From contig CAVVLJ010000020.1 of assembly GCA_963749075.1 (NCBI GenBank), forward strand, positions 512,001 to 576,000: 64,000 bases of DNA, given 5' to 3'. The translations under genes were made by a program, and so were the position numbers. Origin of the DNA: an uncultured Pseudomonadota bacterium (GTDB lineage Bacteria > Pseudomonadota > Alphaproteobacteria > JACZXZ01). This document shows, in pieces, positions 21,943 to 32,187 of this stretch. Numbering within the stretch: position 1 is the stretch's first letter; every line of letters starts with the position of its first letter. The notes beneath the pieces are model-generated. The model did no database searches and had not been told where the DNA came from. It worked only from the letters and a program-made list of their open reading frames with translations.

Positions 21943-24363
21943 GTGAGGAGGCTGCGGAATCTCGGACCGGCGTTCTGTCTCGTGGCGCTCCTTGCGGGAA
22001 GCATGCGCGCCGCCGCCGGCGAGGCGCCGGCGGTCTACGCCGTCAAAGGGCTGGTCCAGCCGGTCGAGGTGCTCTACGACCCGTGGGGCGTGCCGCATAT
22101 TTTCGCAAAGACGCTGGCGGACGCTTTTTTCGCGCAAGGCTTCGTGGCCGCGCGCGACCGGCTGTGGCAGATCGACTGGCACCGGCTGCGCGGCCTGGGC
22201 CGGCTCGCCGAGCGTCTCGGCCCTGCTCTGGTTCCCTATGACCGAGCCGCGCGCCTCTTCCTCTACCGCGGCGAGGAGGAGGCCGAATGGCAGGCCTACG
22301 GCCCGCGCATCAGGGAGATGGCAACCGCCTTCACCGCCGGCATCAACGCCTATGTGGCGCTCGTGCGCCAAGAGCCGGCTCTCCTGCCCGCGGAGTTCCG
22401 CTGGCTCGGCTATTTCCCGGAGCCGTGGCAGCCCGCCGACCTCTTCCGCCTGCGCTCCGACGGCGCCTCGGGCAACGCCGCGGCCGAGGTGCGGCGCGCG
22501 GAACTCGCCTGCCGCGGCGCGCTCGCCGCCGACGCCATCGCCCATCCCTTGTCGCCGCCGTGGCGCACCGCGGTCCCCGACGGCCTCGACCCCTGCTCGG
22601 TCACGCTCGGCGACCTCGAGCCTCGGCTGCTGCTGGGGGCGAGGCTGCCCCTCGCGGAAGCCGCCGGCAAAGCCGGTTGGCTCCCTTCCCGCGCCGCCGA
22701 GCGGCTTGCCCAAGGCGACGCCGGCCCGTCCGACCCCGCTGCGGCCGAGGGCAGCAGTGCCTGGGCCATCTCGGGCCGCCTCACGCGGAGCGGGCGCCCC
22801 ATCCTCGCCAACGACCCGCATCTCCGCCTCGGGGTGCCCTCGCCGCGCTACATCAGCCATCTGGTGGCACCGGGCCTCGATGCGATCGGCGCCGGATGGC
22901 CGGGGAGCCCGGGCATCCAGAACGGCCACAACGACCGCATCGCCTTCGGCCGTACCAACTTCGCCATCGATCAGGAGGACGTCTACGTCCTCGAGACCAA
23001 GCCGGGCGATCCCGAGCAATACCTCTACCAGGGGCGCTGGCAGCGCATGACGGTCGTCAACGAGGAGATCGCGGTCAAGGGCGGAGCCCCTGTGGCCGTC
23101 AAGCTGAAATACAGCCTCTTGGGGCCGATCGTGGCCGAGCATCCCCGGGCGAGGCGCGCCGTGGCGCTCAAGGCCACCTGGCTCGAGCCCGGTGCGGCGG
23201 TCCTCCTCCTCAACCTGCCGTACGACTTCGCGCGGGACTGGCAGAGCTTCAACGAGGCGCTCGGCTCGGCCAGCGTGGGCACCAACTATCTTTACGCGGA
23301 CGTGGACGGCAACATCGGCTGGCGGCCCGCCGGGCGCGTGCCGCTGCGCCCCCATCACGACGGCCTCTTGCCGGTTCCCGGCGACGGGCGCTACGACTGG
23401 GCAGGCCTCATGCCGCTCGCGGATTTGCCCAGCGCCTTCAATCCGCCCGAGGGCTGGCTTGCCAGCGCCAACGAGATGAACCTGCCGCCGGATTACCCCC
23501 ATGCTACGCGCAAGATCGGCTTCGAGTGGGGCGCGCCCGACCGCCACGCGCGCATCGTCGAGCTCTTGAAGGCGGGCTCAGCCTTCTCGCTCGCGGACAG
23601 CGTGGCCGTCCAGCACGACGTGCTCTCCGGGCGCGCGGTGCGGCTGGCGGCACTTCTTGGCGGACTGCACCCGGACGATGCCAAGCTGGTCCGCGCCATC
23701 GCCATGCTCGGTGCCTGGGACAAGCGGATGGCCGCCGACAGCGCGGCCGCGGCGCTCTTCGAGGTCTGGTGGGCGAAGCTGTGGCAGGGCTTGCGCGACA
23801 GCTTGATCCCCGAGCGTTTGCGCGGGCTGGTGCCCTTCGTCAATCCGAGCGTCGGCCTCGCAGCACTCGAGCACCCGGACGAGCGCTTCGGGCCCGAGCC
23901 TGCGGCGGCGCGCGACGCGCTCCTCTTGGCCGCACTCGAGAAGGCCGTCCAGGAGCTCGAGCAACGGCTCGGACCCGAGTGGGCGGCCTGGCGCTGGGGG
24001 CGCCTCCATACGGCGGCACTCCGGCATCCGCTGGCGGCCCTCCTCAAGGAGGATGAGCGCGCTGCTACGGCCATAGCAGGCGGCGAGACGGGAGGCGACA
24101 ACTCGACCGTGCTGGCGCGCTGGCTCGCGTCGCCCACGGCAAATGTGTCGGGCGGCGCCTCCTTCAGCATGGTGCTCGACGTGGGGAACTGGGACGCCTC
24201 GTTGGCACTCAACGCGCCGGGCCAGTCGGGCGATCCCGCGAGCGCCCATTATCGCGATCTCTATCCGCGCTGGCTCAAGGGCGAGATGTTCCCGCTCCTC
24301 TTCAGCCGGGAACGCATCGAGGCGGTCGCCGGGACGCGGCTCCTGCTGCGCCCGGCCAAGTGA
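21943..24363 (+). CDS. Penicillin acylase family (Ntn-hydrolase) protein
   Basis: DPWGVPHIFA, AQGFVAARDRLWQ, GSSAWAISG at the processing site, PILANDPHL, NYLYADVDGNIG, PGQSGDP..HYRD. Start 21913 or 21943. Confidence 0.9.
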   Translation: MRRLRNLGPAFCLVALLAGSMRAAAGEAPAVYAVKGLVQPVEVLYDPWGVPHIFAKTLADAFFAQGFVAARDRLWQIDWHRLRGLGRLAERLGPALVPYDRAARLFLYRGEEEAEWQAYGPRIREMATAFTAGINAYVALVRQEPALLPAEFRWLGYFPEPWQPADLFRLRSDGASGNAAAEVRRAELACRGALAADAIAHPLSPPWRTAVPDGLDPCSVTLGDLEPRLLLGARLPLAEAAGKAGWLPSRAAERLAQGDAGPSDPAAAEGSSAWAISGRLTRSGRPILANDPHLRLGVPSPRYISHLVAPGLDAIGAGWPGSPGIQNGHNDRIAFGRTNFAIDQEDVYVLETKPGDPEQYLYQGRWQRMTVVNEEIAVKGGAPVAVKLKYSLLGPIVAEHPRARRAVALKATWLEPGAAVLLLNLPYDFARDWQSFNEALGSASVGTNYLYADVDGNIGWRPAGRVPLRPHHDGLLPVPGDGRYDWAGLMPLADLPSAFNPPEGWLASANEMNLPPDYPHATRKIGFEWGAPDRHARIVELLKAGSAFSLADSVAVQHDVLSGRAVRLAALLGGLHPDDAKLVRAIAMLGAWDKRMAADSAAAALFEVWWAKLWQGLRDSLIPERLRGLVPFVNPSVGLAALEHPDERFGPEPAAARDALLLAALEKAVQELEQRLGPEWAAWRWGRLHTAALRHPLAALLKEDERAATAIAGGETGGDNSTVLARWLASPTANVSGGASFSMVLDVGNWDASLALNAPGQSGDPASAHYRDLYPRWLKGEMFPLLFSRERIEAVAGTRLLLRPAK

Positions 24364-24415
24364 GCGGCGATGGCGGGCTTGCGCCCGCGTGGGGCTTAAC
24401 CGAGGAGGACCGGAG

Positions 24416-25258
24416 ATGGGCATGCTTGAGGGCAAGGTGGCGATCGTGACGGGTGCCACGAGCGGGATCGGCGCGCGCACGGCCGAGCTTTTCGTGGAGG
24501 AGGGGGCAAAGGTCGTCCTCACCGGCCGGCGCAAGGCCGAAGGCGAGGCGATCGCCGGCCGGCTCGGTGCCGCCGCGGATTTCGTCGCCGCGGACGCCAC
24601 GAGCGAGGCCGATTGGCAGCGCGTCATGGGCCGCGTGCTCGAGCGCCACGGCCGGCTCGACGCGCTCTTCAACAATGCGGGCGGCCCGGCCGAGACCGGC
24701 GGCATCGAGGCCGTCACGGTCGCCGGCTTCGATGCGGCGATGGCCCTCCTCGTGCGCTCGGTCATGCTCGGCATGAAGCACGCGGCGCCGGTCATGAAGC
24801 GCCAGCGAGCGGGCTCGATCGTCAACAACGGCTCGATCGCCGCACACCTCGCCGGTTACTCGAGCTCCATGGTCTACGGCGCCGCCAAGGCGGCGGTGGT
24901 GCATCTCACGCGCTGCGTGGCGATGGAGCTCGGCGAGCACGGCGTGCGCGTCAATTCCGTGTCGCCCGGTGCCATCGCCACCGGCATCTTCGCCAAGGCG
25001 CTCGGCCTCAGCGACGCCGGCAAGGCCGACGCCATGGCGGAGCGCATGCACGGGCCCTTCGCCAAGGCGCAGCCCATCCCGCGCGCCGGCATGCCCGACG
25101 ACATCGCCCAGTGCGCCCTCTGGCTCGCCTCCGACCGCGCGAGCTTCGTCAACGGCGAGGACATCGTGGTCGACGGCGGCGCCATCCGCGGGCGCCTCTT
25201 CACGCCGCATCAGGAGAGCATCCGGCAAATGCGCACGGCGCTCGGCATCGGCGAGTGA
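24416..25258 (+). CDS. SDR family oxidoreductase
   Basis: TGATSGIG, FNNAG, YGAAK; RBS gaggagg. Confidence 0.9.
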   Translation: MGMLEGKVAIVTGATSGIGARTAELFVEEGAKVVLTGRRKAEGEAIAGRLGAAADFVAADATSEADWQRVMGRVLERHGRLDALFNNAGGPAETGGIEAVTVAGFDAAMALLVRSVMLGMKHAAPVMKRQRAGSIVNNGSIAAHLAGYSSSMVYGAAKAAVVHLTRCVAMELGEHGVRVNSVSPGAIATGIFAKALGLSDAGKADAMAERMHGPFAKAQPIPRAGMPDDIAQCALWLASDRASFVNGEDIVVDGGAIRGRLFTPHQESIRQMRTALGIGE

Positions 25259-25310
25259 AGGGGCCGCGCCGGCTTGACGATCGGTTCATTCTGGCTATAG
25301 TCTGGCCAGA

Positions 25311-25604
25311 ATGCCGTTCGCAATCGCCTTGGCCCCGGAAGCCGCGGACGACCTGAGGATGCTCAAGGCCGGCGTCCGATCCGCGGTGCGGACGGCGCTC
25401 GAGAGGCATCTGAGGCACGCGCCGGCAAGGACGAGCCGTAGCCGCATCAAGCGGCTTCGCGGCATCCGCAGGCCGCAGTTCAGGCTTCGTATCGGCGACG
25501 TACGGGTGTTCTACGACGTCTCGGGATCGGTCGTCGAGGTCTTGGCGATCGTGGCAAAATCGGAGGCAGAGGCGTGGCTCATGCAATTCGGAAGTCCCGG
25601 GTGA
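25311..25604 (+). CDS. RelE/ParE family toxin
   Basis: 97 aa, basic; FRLRIGDVRVFYDV...VEVLAI RelE-type signature. Confidence 0.8.
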   Translation: MPFAIALAPEAADDLRMLKAGVRSAVRTALERHLRHAPARTSRSRIKRLRGIRRPQFRLRIGDVRVFYDVSGSVVEVLAIVAKSEAEAWLMQFGSPG

Positions 25605-25849
25605 GGGAAGTTCCGCTGTCCGCGATCAAGGATGACCTGTCGCGCTACCTCCGCGAGGCGGGCAAAGAGGAAATCGTCATTACGCGCCACGGCAAACCGG
25701 CCGGCGTACTGATCGGCTTCGCATCCGAAGACGATTGGTTCGAATATCGGCTCGAAACCGATCCGCGTTTTCTCCGCCGGATCGAACAAGCGCGCGCAAG
25801 CTTACGCGCCGGACGCGGCGTTCGTGTCGAAGACTTGGATCCTGAGTGA
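25601..25849 (+). CDS. Phd/YefM family antitoxin
   Basis: GTG start overlapping the toxin stop; IKDDLSRYLREA..EEIVITRHGKPAGVLI Phd signature. Confidence 0.85.
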   Translation: MREVPLSAIKDDLSRYLREAGKEEIVITRHGKPAGVLIGFASEDDWFEYRLETDPRFLRRIEQARASLRAGRGVRVEDLDPE

Positions 25850-25945
25850 CGGCGCGGCGCACGCATCTCGAAAGACATCGTTGTCGCAACAAATTATGCG
25901 TCGTTTCCGCGAAGCGGGTATGACGTCGCAGTTCATGAGCGCGCC

Positions 25946-26683
25946 TTAGGCGCCATCGCGCACGGCCACTGCGGCCGGCGCCTGCTGGAGTGCCTGAAGG
26001 ATCGCGGCGGCGCCCGCGAGCGTCTCGGGGAGCCCGATGTCGACGAAAGGGCTCGCGAAGGCGAGTGCCGAGACGCTCCCTCGGGCAATGGCGTCCGGCA
26101 GGAGCTCGCGCTCGAGCGATAGCGGCGCCAGCGGCCGCATGAGAAGCTTGCGCGCGACGAGCGCGATGCCGCCGTAGATGAGCCCAGGCCCGTGCGCTGC
26201 CGCCTTCTCGCGGAAGGCGGTCACCCGGGTGCCGGCGAGCTCGACGCTGCCGAAGCGTCCGGCATCGGACGCCTCGACGAGCGCCAGCGTCGCCTCCGCG
26301 CGCGTCTCCAGGTGGCGGCGGAGCAGAGCCCTGAGATCGAAGCAGAAGAGGCTGTCGCCGTTGGCCGCCAGCACCGGCTCGCTTTCCGTCAGCGGCAAGG
26401 CGTTGACGAGTGCTCCGCCCGTGCCGAGGGGGGTGGCCTCGCGCGCATAGGCGAGCGGCAGCGGCGGCGGGCTCAAGCGGTAATGCTCGACGAAGCGCTC
26501 GGCGCCAAAGCCAAGTGCCAAGACGGCCTGCCGCACGACGCCGCTCGCCGTGAGGGCCGCGAGGAGATGGTCGAGGAACGGCCGCCCGCCCACGCATGCT
26601 AACGGCTTGGGCAGGCCGCCGAGCACGGCTCCGAGCCGCGAGCCCTGCCCGCCGCAGAGGATGATGGCGTCGCTCGCGGCCAC
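25946..26683 (-). CDS. hddC: Sugar-phosphate nucleotidyltransferase, HddC-like (heptose-1-phosphate guanylyltransferase)
   Basis: AIILCGGQGSRL, LPKPLA.V.GRPFL, PLGTGGAL, NGDS, FVDIGLPE; directly downstream of hddA-like kinase. Confidence 0.7.
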   Translation of the reverse strand: MAASDAIILCGGQGSRLGAVLGGLPKPLACVGGRPFLDHLLAALTASGVVRQAVLALGFGAERFVEHYRLSPPPLPLAYAREATPLGTGGALVNALPLTESEPVLAANGDSLFCFDLRALLRRHLETRAEATLALVEASDAGRFGSVELAGTRVTAFREKAAAHGPGLIYGGIALVARKLLMRPLAPLSLERELLPDAIARGSVSALAFASPFVDIGLPETLAGAAAILQALQQAPAAVAVRDGA

Positions 26684-26685
26684 GC

Positions 26686-27690
26686 TCAGCCGCCGACGCG
26701 GCCGGCGAGCGTCGAGCCCTCGAAGTCGATGGCGAAGCTGACGCAGGTGCGCTCCGCGAGCGCCGCGCGGAAGCGCTCCTGGCGATCGGGCGGCACCAGC
26801 ATGAGGAGGAAGCCGCCGCCGCCGGCACCGCACAGCTTGCCGCCCAGCGCACCCTCGGCCAGACAGCGCTCATAGAGCGCGTCGATCTCCGCCGAGCTTA
26901 TCTTGGTGGAGAGCCGCCGCTTGACCCGCCAGCTCTCGTCGAGGAGGCGGGCCAGCTCGCGGGGCAGCCGCTCGCCGCGCTCCGTCTCGAGCAGGCGCTG
27001 GCCCAGGTCGGCGAGCTCGACCAGGTGGGAGAGATCGGCGTCGATGCGGCGTGCCGAGGTGTTCTCGACCTGCTCCGCCGCCACCTCGCTTGCCTTGCGC
27101 TTGAGGCCGGTATCGACGAGCAGCATCCACTCCGCGAGCGCCTCGAGATCGGCGCCGACGATGGCGATCGGCCGTGCCGCGAACGGCGTGCCGTTGCGGA
27201 AGTCGAAGCGGTTGAAGCCGCCGAACGCGGCGTGGAGCTGGTCCTGCACGCCGACGAGCTCGCCGAGCACTTTCTGCTCGACGTAGATCGCCTCGCTCGC
27301 CAGCTCGAGCCTGCTGCTGGGGGTGCCTTTCAGGCCGGAGATCAGCCTGAGGAAGCCCACGGTGAAGGCGGATGAGCTGCCGAGCCCGGCGCTCGCCTTG
27401 AGATCGGTCTCTACGATGATGTCGAGCGGGCCGTCGCTCTGACAGCGGCCGAGGAGTGCCCGCACCACCGGGTGCTGCAGCTCGGCCGGATCGTTGACCG
27501 TCTCCACCTTCGAATAGCTGAGCCGGTAGCGGTAACCCAGGCGAGGGGCCAGGGGGCGGGCGGTGATATAGATGTACTTGTTGATGGCGAAGCCGATCAC
27601 CGCACCACGGTGCCGCTCGAAATAGGCGGGGTAATCGGTGCCGCCGCCGAACAAACTCACGCGCAGCGGCGTCCTCGAGGTCATTATCAT
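26686..27690 (-). CDS. hddA: GHMP kinase, HddA-like (heptose-7-phosphate kinase)
   Basis: RTPLRVSLFGGGTD, AGLGSSSAF, VGVQDQ, GGKLCGAGGGGF. Confidence 0.8.
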   Translation of the reverse strand: MIMTSRTPLRVSLFGGGTDYPAYFERHRGAVIGFAINKYIYITARPLAPRLGYRYRLSYSKVETVNDPAELQHPVVRALLGRCQSDGPLDIIVETDLKASAGLGSSSAFTVGFLRLISGLKGTPSSRLELASEAIYVEQKVLGELVGVQDQLHAAFGGFNRFDFRNGTPFAARPIAIVGADLEALAEWMLLVDTGLKRKASEVAAEQVENTSARRIDADLSHLVELADLGQRLLETERGERLPRELARLLDESWRVKRRLSTKISSAEIDALYERCLAEGALGGKLCGAGGGGFLLMLVPPDRQERFRAALAERTCVSFAIDFEGSTLAGRVGG

Positions 27691-27936
27691 TGCGGCACCA
27701 ACGCGAGGCGCTTCGGGTTGGCCCGGCTCCCGTTCTTGCGACACCCCCCGCCGCCGCTCGGTCGAGTCCGCCTGGCGAGCTGACTATTAGCGGCCGGGTG
27801 CGGGTTTGTCCAACCCAATCGGGGCCGCGGCGGGCGGGTTTTGCCCCCGGAGTTGCTTTTGCTCCGGCGAATTGCGAAAAAACGCCGGCGGCGGACCGGG
27901 CGGCGGGGGCCGTGGACGCTCCGGGGAAGGTTGGCG

Positions 27937-28869
27937 ATGCGCATTCTCGTGACCGGTGGTGCTGGCTATATCGGCTCGCTCCTGGTGCCGGCGCTGCTCG
28001 AGGCCGGGCATGAGGCGACTGTCCTTGATACGTTCGCCGACGGCGGCACCCAGCTCGCCGCCGCCTGCCGCCACGCCGGCTTCGCCCCCGTCCGCGGCGA
28101 CGCGCGCGACGAGCGCCTGCTCGACGAGCTGGTGCCCAGGGCCGACGTGCTGATCCCGCTCGCCGCCCTCGTGGGGGCGCCGCTCTCGGCGCGCGACGAG
28201 GTGGGGGCGAGGACGGTGAACCGCGACGCCGTCGTGGCACTCGTGAAGCGCACCGGTCGCGGCCAGATGCTGATCTTCCCCACCACCAACTCGGGCTACG
28301 GCATCGGCAGCAATGCAGCACTCTGCACCGAAGAGACGCCGCTCCGGCCGATCTCGCTCTACGGCACCACCAAGGCCGAGGCCGAGCGCGCGGTCCTGGA
28401 GAGCGGCAAGGGGACGTCCTTGCGCCTGGCGACGGTCTTCGGCATGTCGCCGCGCATGCGCCTCGACCTCCTGGTCAACGACTTCACCTACCGGGCCGTG
28501 AACGACCGCGCGCTCGTGGTCTTCGAGGGCCATGCCCGGCGCAACTTCATCCACGTGCGCGACGTGGTCGGCGCCTTCGAGCACGCGATCGCCAAGTACG
28601 CGAGCCTCGCCCGCGAGCCCTACAACGTCGGGCTCTCGGACGCCAATCTCTCCAAGCTCGAGCTCTGCGCCCGCATCAAGGAGCAGGTGCCGGGCTTCGC
28701 CTACCTCGAGGCGCCCATCGGCGAGGACCCGGACAAGCGCGACTACATCGTCTCGAACGCCAAGTTCGAGGCGACCGGCTGGCGCCCGCGCTGGTCGCTC
28801 GCCCAAGGCATCGCCGAGCTCATCAAGGGCTTCCGCATGCTGCGCAACAGCCGCTTCTCCAACGTGTGA
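27937..28869 (+). CDS. NAD-dependent epimerase/dehydratase
   Basis: ILVTGGAGYIGS, PISLYGTTK, RLATVFG.SPRMRLDLLVNDF. Confidence 0.9.
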   Translation: MRILVTGGAGYIGSLLVPALLEAGHEATVLDTFADGGTQLAAACRHAGFAPVRGDARDERLLDELVPRADVLIPLAALVGAPLSARDEVGARTVNRDAVVALVKRTGRGQMLIFPTTNSGYGIGSNAALCTEETPLRPISLYGTTKAEAERAVLESGKGTSLRLATVFGMSPRMRLDLLVNDFTYRAVNDRALVVFEGHARRNFIHVRDVVGAFEHAIAKYASLAREPYNVGLSDANLSKLELCARIKEQVPGFAYLEAPIGEDPDKRDYIVSNAKFEATGWRPRWSLAQGIAELIKGFRMLRNSRFSNV

Positions 28870-28914
28870 GAGGGGGCGCGGCATCGGGCGGTATCGACGA
28901 TCTTCGATCCAAGG

Positions 28915-29021
28915 CGTACCCCCCACCCCAACCCTCCCCCTCAAGGGGGGAGGGGGTTTTCGTTGCCGTGCCAAGCACCTCCCCTCCCCCCTTGAGGGGG
29001 AGGGTCAGGGAGGGGGGTACG
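28915..29021. repeat. Inverted doublet of CCC-rich palindromic repeat (REPIN-like)
   Basis: cgtacccccc..ccctccccctcaaggggggagggg spacer ccctccccccttgagggggaggg..ggggggtacg between convergent genes; near-copy at 52701-52797. Confidence 0.85.
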
Positions 29022-29042
29022 ACGCGGCGATGACGCCGCGGC

Positions 29043-30644
29043 CTACCCCTTCTCCACGTTCCACAGGAAGAGGATCGGCGCCACGATGACGCCCTTCAGA
29101 TTATTGCGATAGGCGGTCGGGATGATGAACTGGCCGGTCGGGATATAGGGCAGCTCCTTGAAGGCCTCGATCTGCAGCTCGGCGGCGGCCTTCTTCTGGG
29201 CCGCGAGGTCGGGGGCGTCGAACCATTTGTCGTGGAGCGCCTCGAGCGCCGGGTCGCTCGGCCAGCCGAACCACGCCTTGTCGCCGTTGGCGCGCAGTGC
29301 GGAGAGCACCGCGGGATTGACGAGATCGGGCGCCACCGTCCAGGTGAAGAAGATGTTCCAGCCGCCCTTGTCGATGGGCGCCTTGGAGGCGCGGCGCGTG
29401 ATCAGCGTGCCCCAGTCCATCGCCTGGAGATCGACGTTGAGGCCGAGGCGCTTGAGCTCGTCGGCGACGACGAGCCCCTGCGCGTTCACGATCGGCTGGT
29501 CGGTCGCGATCATGATGACGACGCGCTCGCCCTTATATCCGGCCTCTTTCACGAGCGCCTTGGCCTTGTCGTAGTCGCGCTTGCCCATGAAGGCCTCGGC
29601 GCCCGCCTCGGTCGAGAGCGGCGTGCCGCAGGGGAAGAAGGAGTAGCAGGTGCGCCAGTCCTTGGGATTGCCGGCGACTGCCGTCATGATGTCCTTCTGG
29701 TCCACCACCTCGAGCACCGCCTGGCGCATCTTCTCGTTGTCGAAGGGCGGCAGCAGGTGGTTGAAGCGCAGGATGCCCATGCTGCCGAGCGGATCCACGG
29801 TGGTGACGGTGATGTCCTTGTTCTTCTCGAGGAGCGGCACGAGATCCGGCGGCGCCTGCTGCCACCAGTCGACCTCGCCGGCGTTGAGCGCGTTGGCCGC
29901 GGTGGCGGGATCGGGGATATAGACCCATTCGACGCGGTCGACCTTGACGACCTTGCCGCCGGCACCCCAGCTCGGCGGCTCGCTGCGCGGCACGTAGTCG
30001 GTGTTCTTGACGAAGACCGCCTTGCTGCCGGGCACCCATTCGGATTTCACGAACTTGAAGGGCCCGGAGCCGACCGTCTCGGTGATCTGCGTATTGGCGT
30101 CGGTCTTGGCGACGCGCTCCGGCATCATGAAGGGAGCGCTGCTCGAGAGCTTGGCGAGGCCCTCGAGGAGGAGCGGGAAGGGCTTCTTGAGCACGATGGT
30201 GAAGCTCTTGGCGTCCGTCGGCTTCATCTCGGCGATGGCGTCTGCCATCGCCTGGCCGAGCCCGTCGCGCTTCATCCAGCGCGCGAGCGAGGCTGTGCAG
30301 TCGGCGGCGGTGACCGGCTGGCCGTCGTGCCACTTGAGCCCGTCGCGGAGCGTGAAGCTGTAGCTCAAGTGATCGGCGCTCTCGCTCCAGCTCCCCACCA
30401 TCTGGGGCTGCACCTTGAAGTTGGCGTCGAAGGCGAAGAGCGTATCGTAGATCATGTAGCCGTAATTGCGCGTGATGTAGGCCGTGGTCCAGATCGGATC
30501 GAGGATGCGCAGGTCGGCCTCGGGAATGATGCGGAGCGTCTTTCCCGCACTTTGCGCCTCGGCGGCTGGGACGGCCAGCGCCGCCACGGCCGCCAGCGCT
30601 GCGGCAGCAAGCAATCCTTGCCGGACTTTCCTCATGACCTTCAT
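29043..30644 (-). CDS. ABC transporter substrate-binding protein (peptide/nickel family 5)
   Basis: ADLRILDPIWTTAYITRNYGYMIYDTL, FTLRDGLKWHDG, GSGPFKF; no permease genes adjacent. Confidence 0.9.
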   Translation of the reverse strand: MKVMRKVRQGLLAAAALAAVAALAVPAAEAQSAGKTLRIIPEADLRILDPIWTTAYITRNYGYMIYDTLFAFDANFKVQPQMVGSWSESADHLSYSFTLRDGLKWHDGQPVTAADCTASLARWMKRDGLGQAMADAIAEMKPTDAKSFTIVLKKPFPLLLEGLAKLSSSAPFMMPERVAKTDANTQITETVGSGPFKFVKSEWVPGSKAVFVKNTDYVPRSEPPSWGAGGKVVKVDRVEWVYIPDPATAANALNAGEVDWWQQAPPDLVPLLEKNKDITVTTVDPLGSMGILRFNHLLPPFDNEKMRQAVLEVVDQKDIMTAVAGNPKDWRTCYSFFPCGTPLSTEAGAEAFMGKRDYDKAKALVKEAGYKGERVVIMIATDQPIVNAQGLVVADELKRLGLNVDLQAMDWGTLITRRASKAPIDKGGWNIFFTWTVAPDLVNPAVLSALRANGDKAWFGWPSDPALEALHDKWFDAPDLAAQKKAAAELQIEAFKELPYIPTGQFIIPTAYRNNLKGVIVAPILFLWNVEKG

Positions 30645-30845
30645 GACACCCCCGCTGTCGGTTATTGGCTCTGCCGTTGCCGGCTTGCGGCCCATGTTAC
30701 GTGACGCCCTTGCTGCGGGCCAACAGATTCGCGAGGGGTTGCTGCGGCGCTCTGGCCAGGGCGCGCGAAACATGATTCATTTGCCGCTCTCATTTGCCCC
30801 TGCGGGCGGCAGATGCCCAGGGATTGAGCGGGAGCGGGAAGGCGC

Positions 30846-32093
30846 ATGGATGGCGCGGCCGTGAGCGAGGCGAAGGAAGCGATCGCGGCATTCCTTAGGG
30901 ACCGCCGTGCCGCGCAGCAGCGCCTCCTGGCCGAGCTCGTCAAGCTGCCGTCGGACAACCCGCCGGGCGACTGCGCGCCCCATAGCCGCGCCGCCGCCAA
31001 GCTCCTCTCGGCACTCGGCTTCGCCGTCGAGGAGCATCCCGTGGCGGGCGAGCTCTGCCGCGAGCACGGCATGACGAGCGCCGTGAACCTCGTGGTGCGC
31101 CGCACCTTCGGCGCGGGCCCCACGGTGGCGCTCAACGCCCATGGCGACGTGGTGCCGCCCGGCGAGGGGTGGTCCACGGATCCCTATGGTGCGGAGGTGC
31201 GCGGCGGCGTCATGTACGGGCGCGGCGTCGCGGTCTCGAAGTCCGATTTCGCGACCTATGCCTTCGCCCTCCTGGCGCTCGAGCATCTCGCCCTGCCGCT
31301 CGCGGGTGTGGTCGAGCTCCACTTCACCTATGACGAGGAGGCGGGCGGCGAGATCGGCCCCAAGCGGCTCCTCGATGCCGGCATCGTCAAGCCGGACCTC
31401 GCGATCTGCGCCGGCTTCTCCTATTCGGTGGTGACGGCACATAACGGCTGCCTCCATCTCGAGGTCGAGGTGCGCGGGCGCTCGGCCCACGCGGCGCGGC
31501 CCGACACGGGTGCGGACGCGCTCGCCGCGGCGACGCGCCTGCTCGCCGCCCTCTATGCGGAACGCGAAAGCTACGCTCGGCGGCGCTCGGCGGTGGCAGG
31601 CATCGGCTCGCCCACCCTCGTCGTCGGCCTCATCGCGGGCGGCATCAACACCAACGTGGTGCCCGACCGGGTGAGCTTCCGCCTCGACCGCCGCGTAATC
31701 CCCGAGGAGGCGCTGGCGGAGGTCGAGGAGGAGCTCCGCCGGCTCATCGCCGAGGCGGCGCGCGGCATGCCGGGTATCTCCGTCGCCGTGCGACGCATCC
31801 TCGCCGCCGCACCCTTGGTGCCGCTGCCGGGCGTCGAGCGCCTCACGGCACCGCTCGCCGCCAATGCCGCCCGCATCTTTGGCCGGGACATCCCCTGCCA
31901 CGGCATCCCGCTCTATACGGACGCCCGCCATTATGCCGCCGCGGGCGTGCCGACGGTGCTCTATGGTGCTGGCCCCCGCGATTTCCTCGAGGCCAACGCC
32001 CACCGCGCCGACGAGCGCCTGGTGCTCGCCGACCTCTACGGTGCTACCGAGGTCGTCGCCCGCAGCCTCTACGATCTCCTCGCTCCGCCTTGA
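30846..32093 (+). CDS. M20 family metallohydrolase (ArgE/DapE-like)
   Basis: [14 protein letters not shown]...SKSD, YDEEAGG, AHRADE. Confidence 0.9.
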   Translation: MDGAAVSEAKEAIAAFLRDRRAAQQRLLAELVKLPSDNPPGDCAPHSRAAAKLLSALGFAVEEHPVAGELCREHGMTSAVNLVVRRTFGAGPTVALNAHGDVVPPGEGWSTDPYGAEVRGGVMYGRGVAVSKSDFATYAFALLALEHLALPLAGVVELHFTYDEEAGGEIGPKRLLDAGIVKPDLAICAGFSYSVVTAHNGCLHLEVEVRGRSAHAARPDTGADALAAATRLLAALYAERESYARRRSAVAGIGSPTLVVGLIAGGINTNVVPDRVSFRLDRRVIPEEALAEVEEELRRLIAEAARGMPGISVAVRRILAAAPLVPLPGVERLTAPLAANAARIFGRDIPCHGIPLYTDARHYAAAGVPTVLYGAGPRDFLEANAHRADERLVLADLYGATEVVARSLYDLLAPP

Positions 32094-32187
32094 GCGCCGT
32101 CCGCTTCTTCACCGCGCCCCTGCCCGGTGCTACGGTAGCGCCAACCGCGATCAAGGCGACAACATTCGGTTTTGGGAGAGCAACGCC

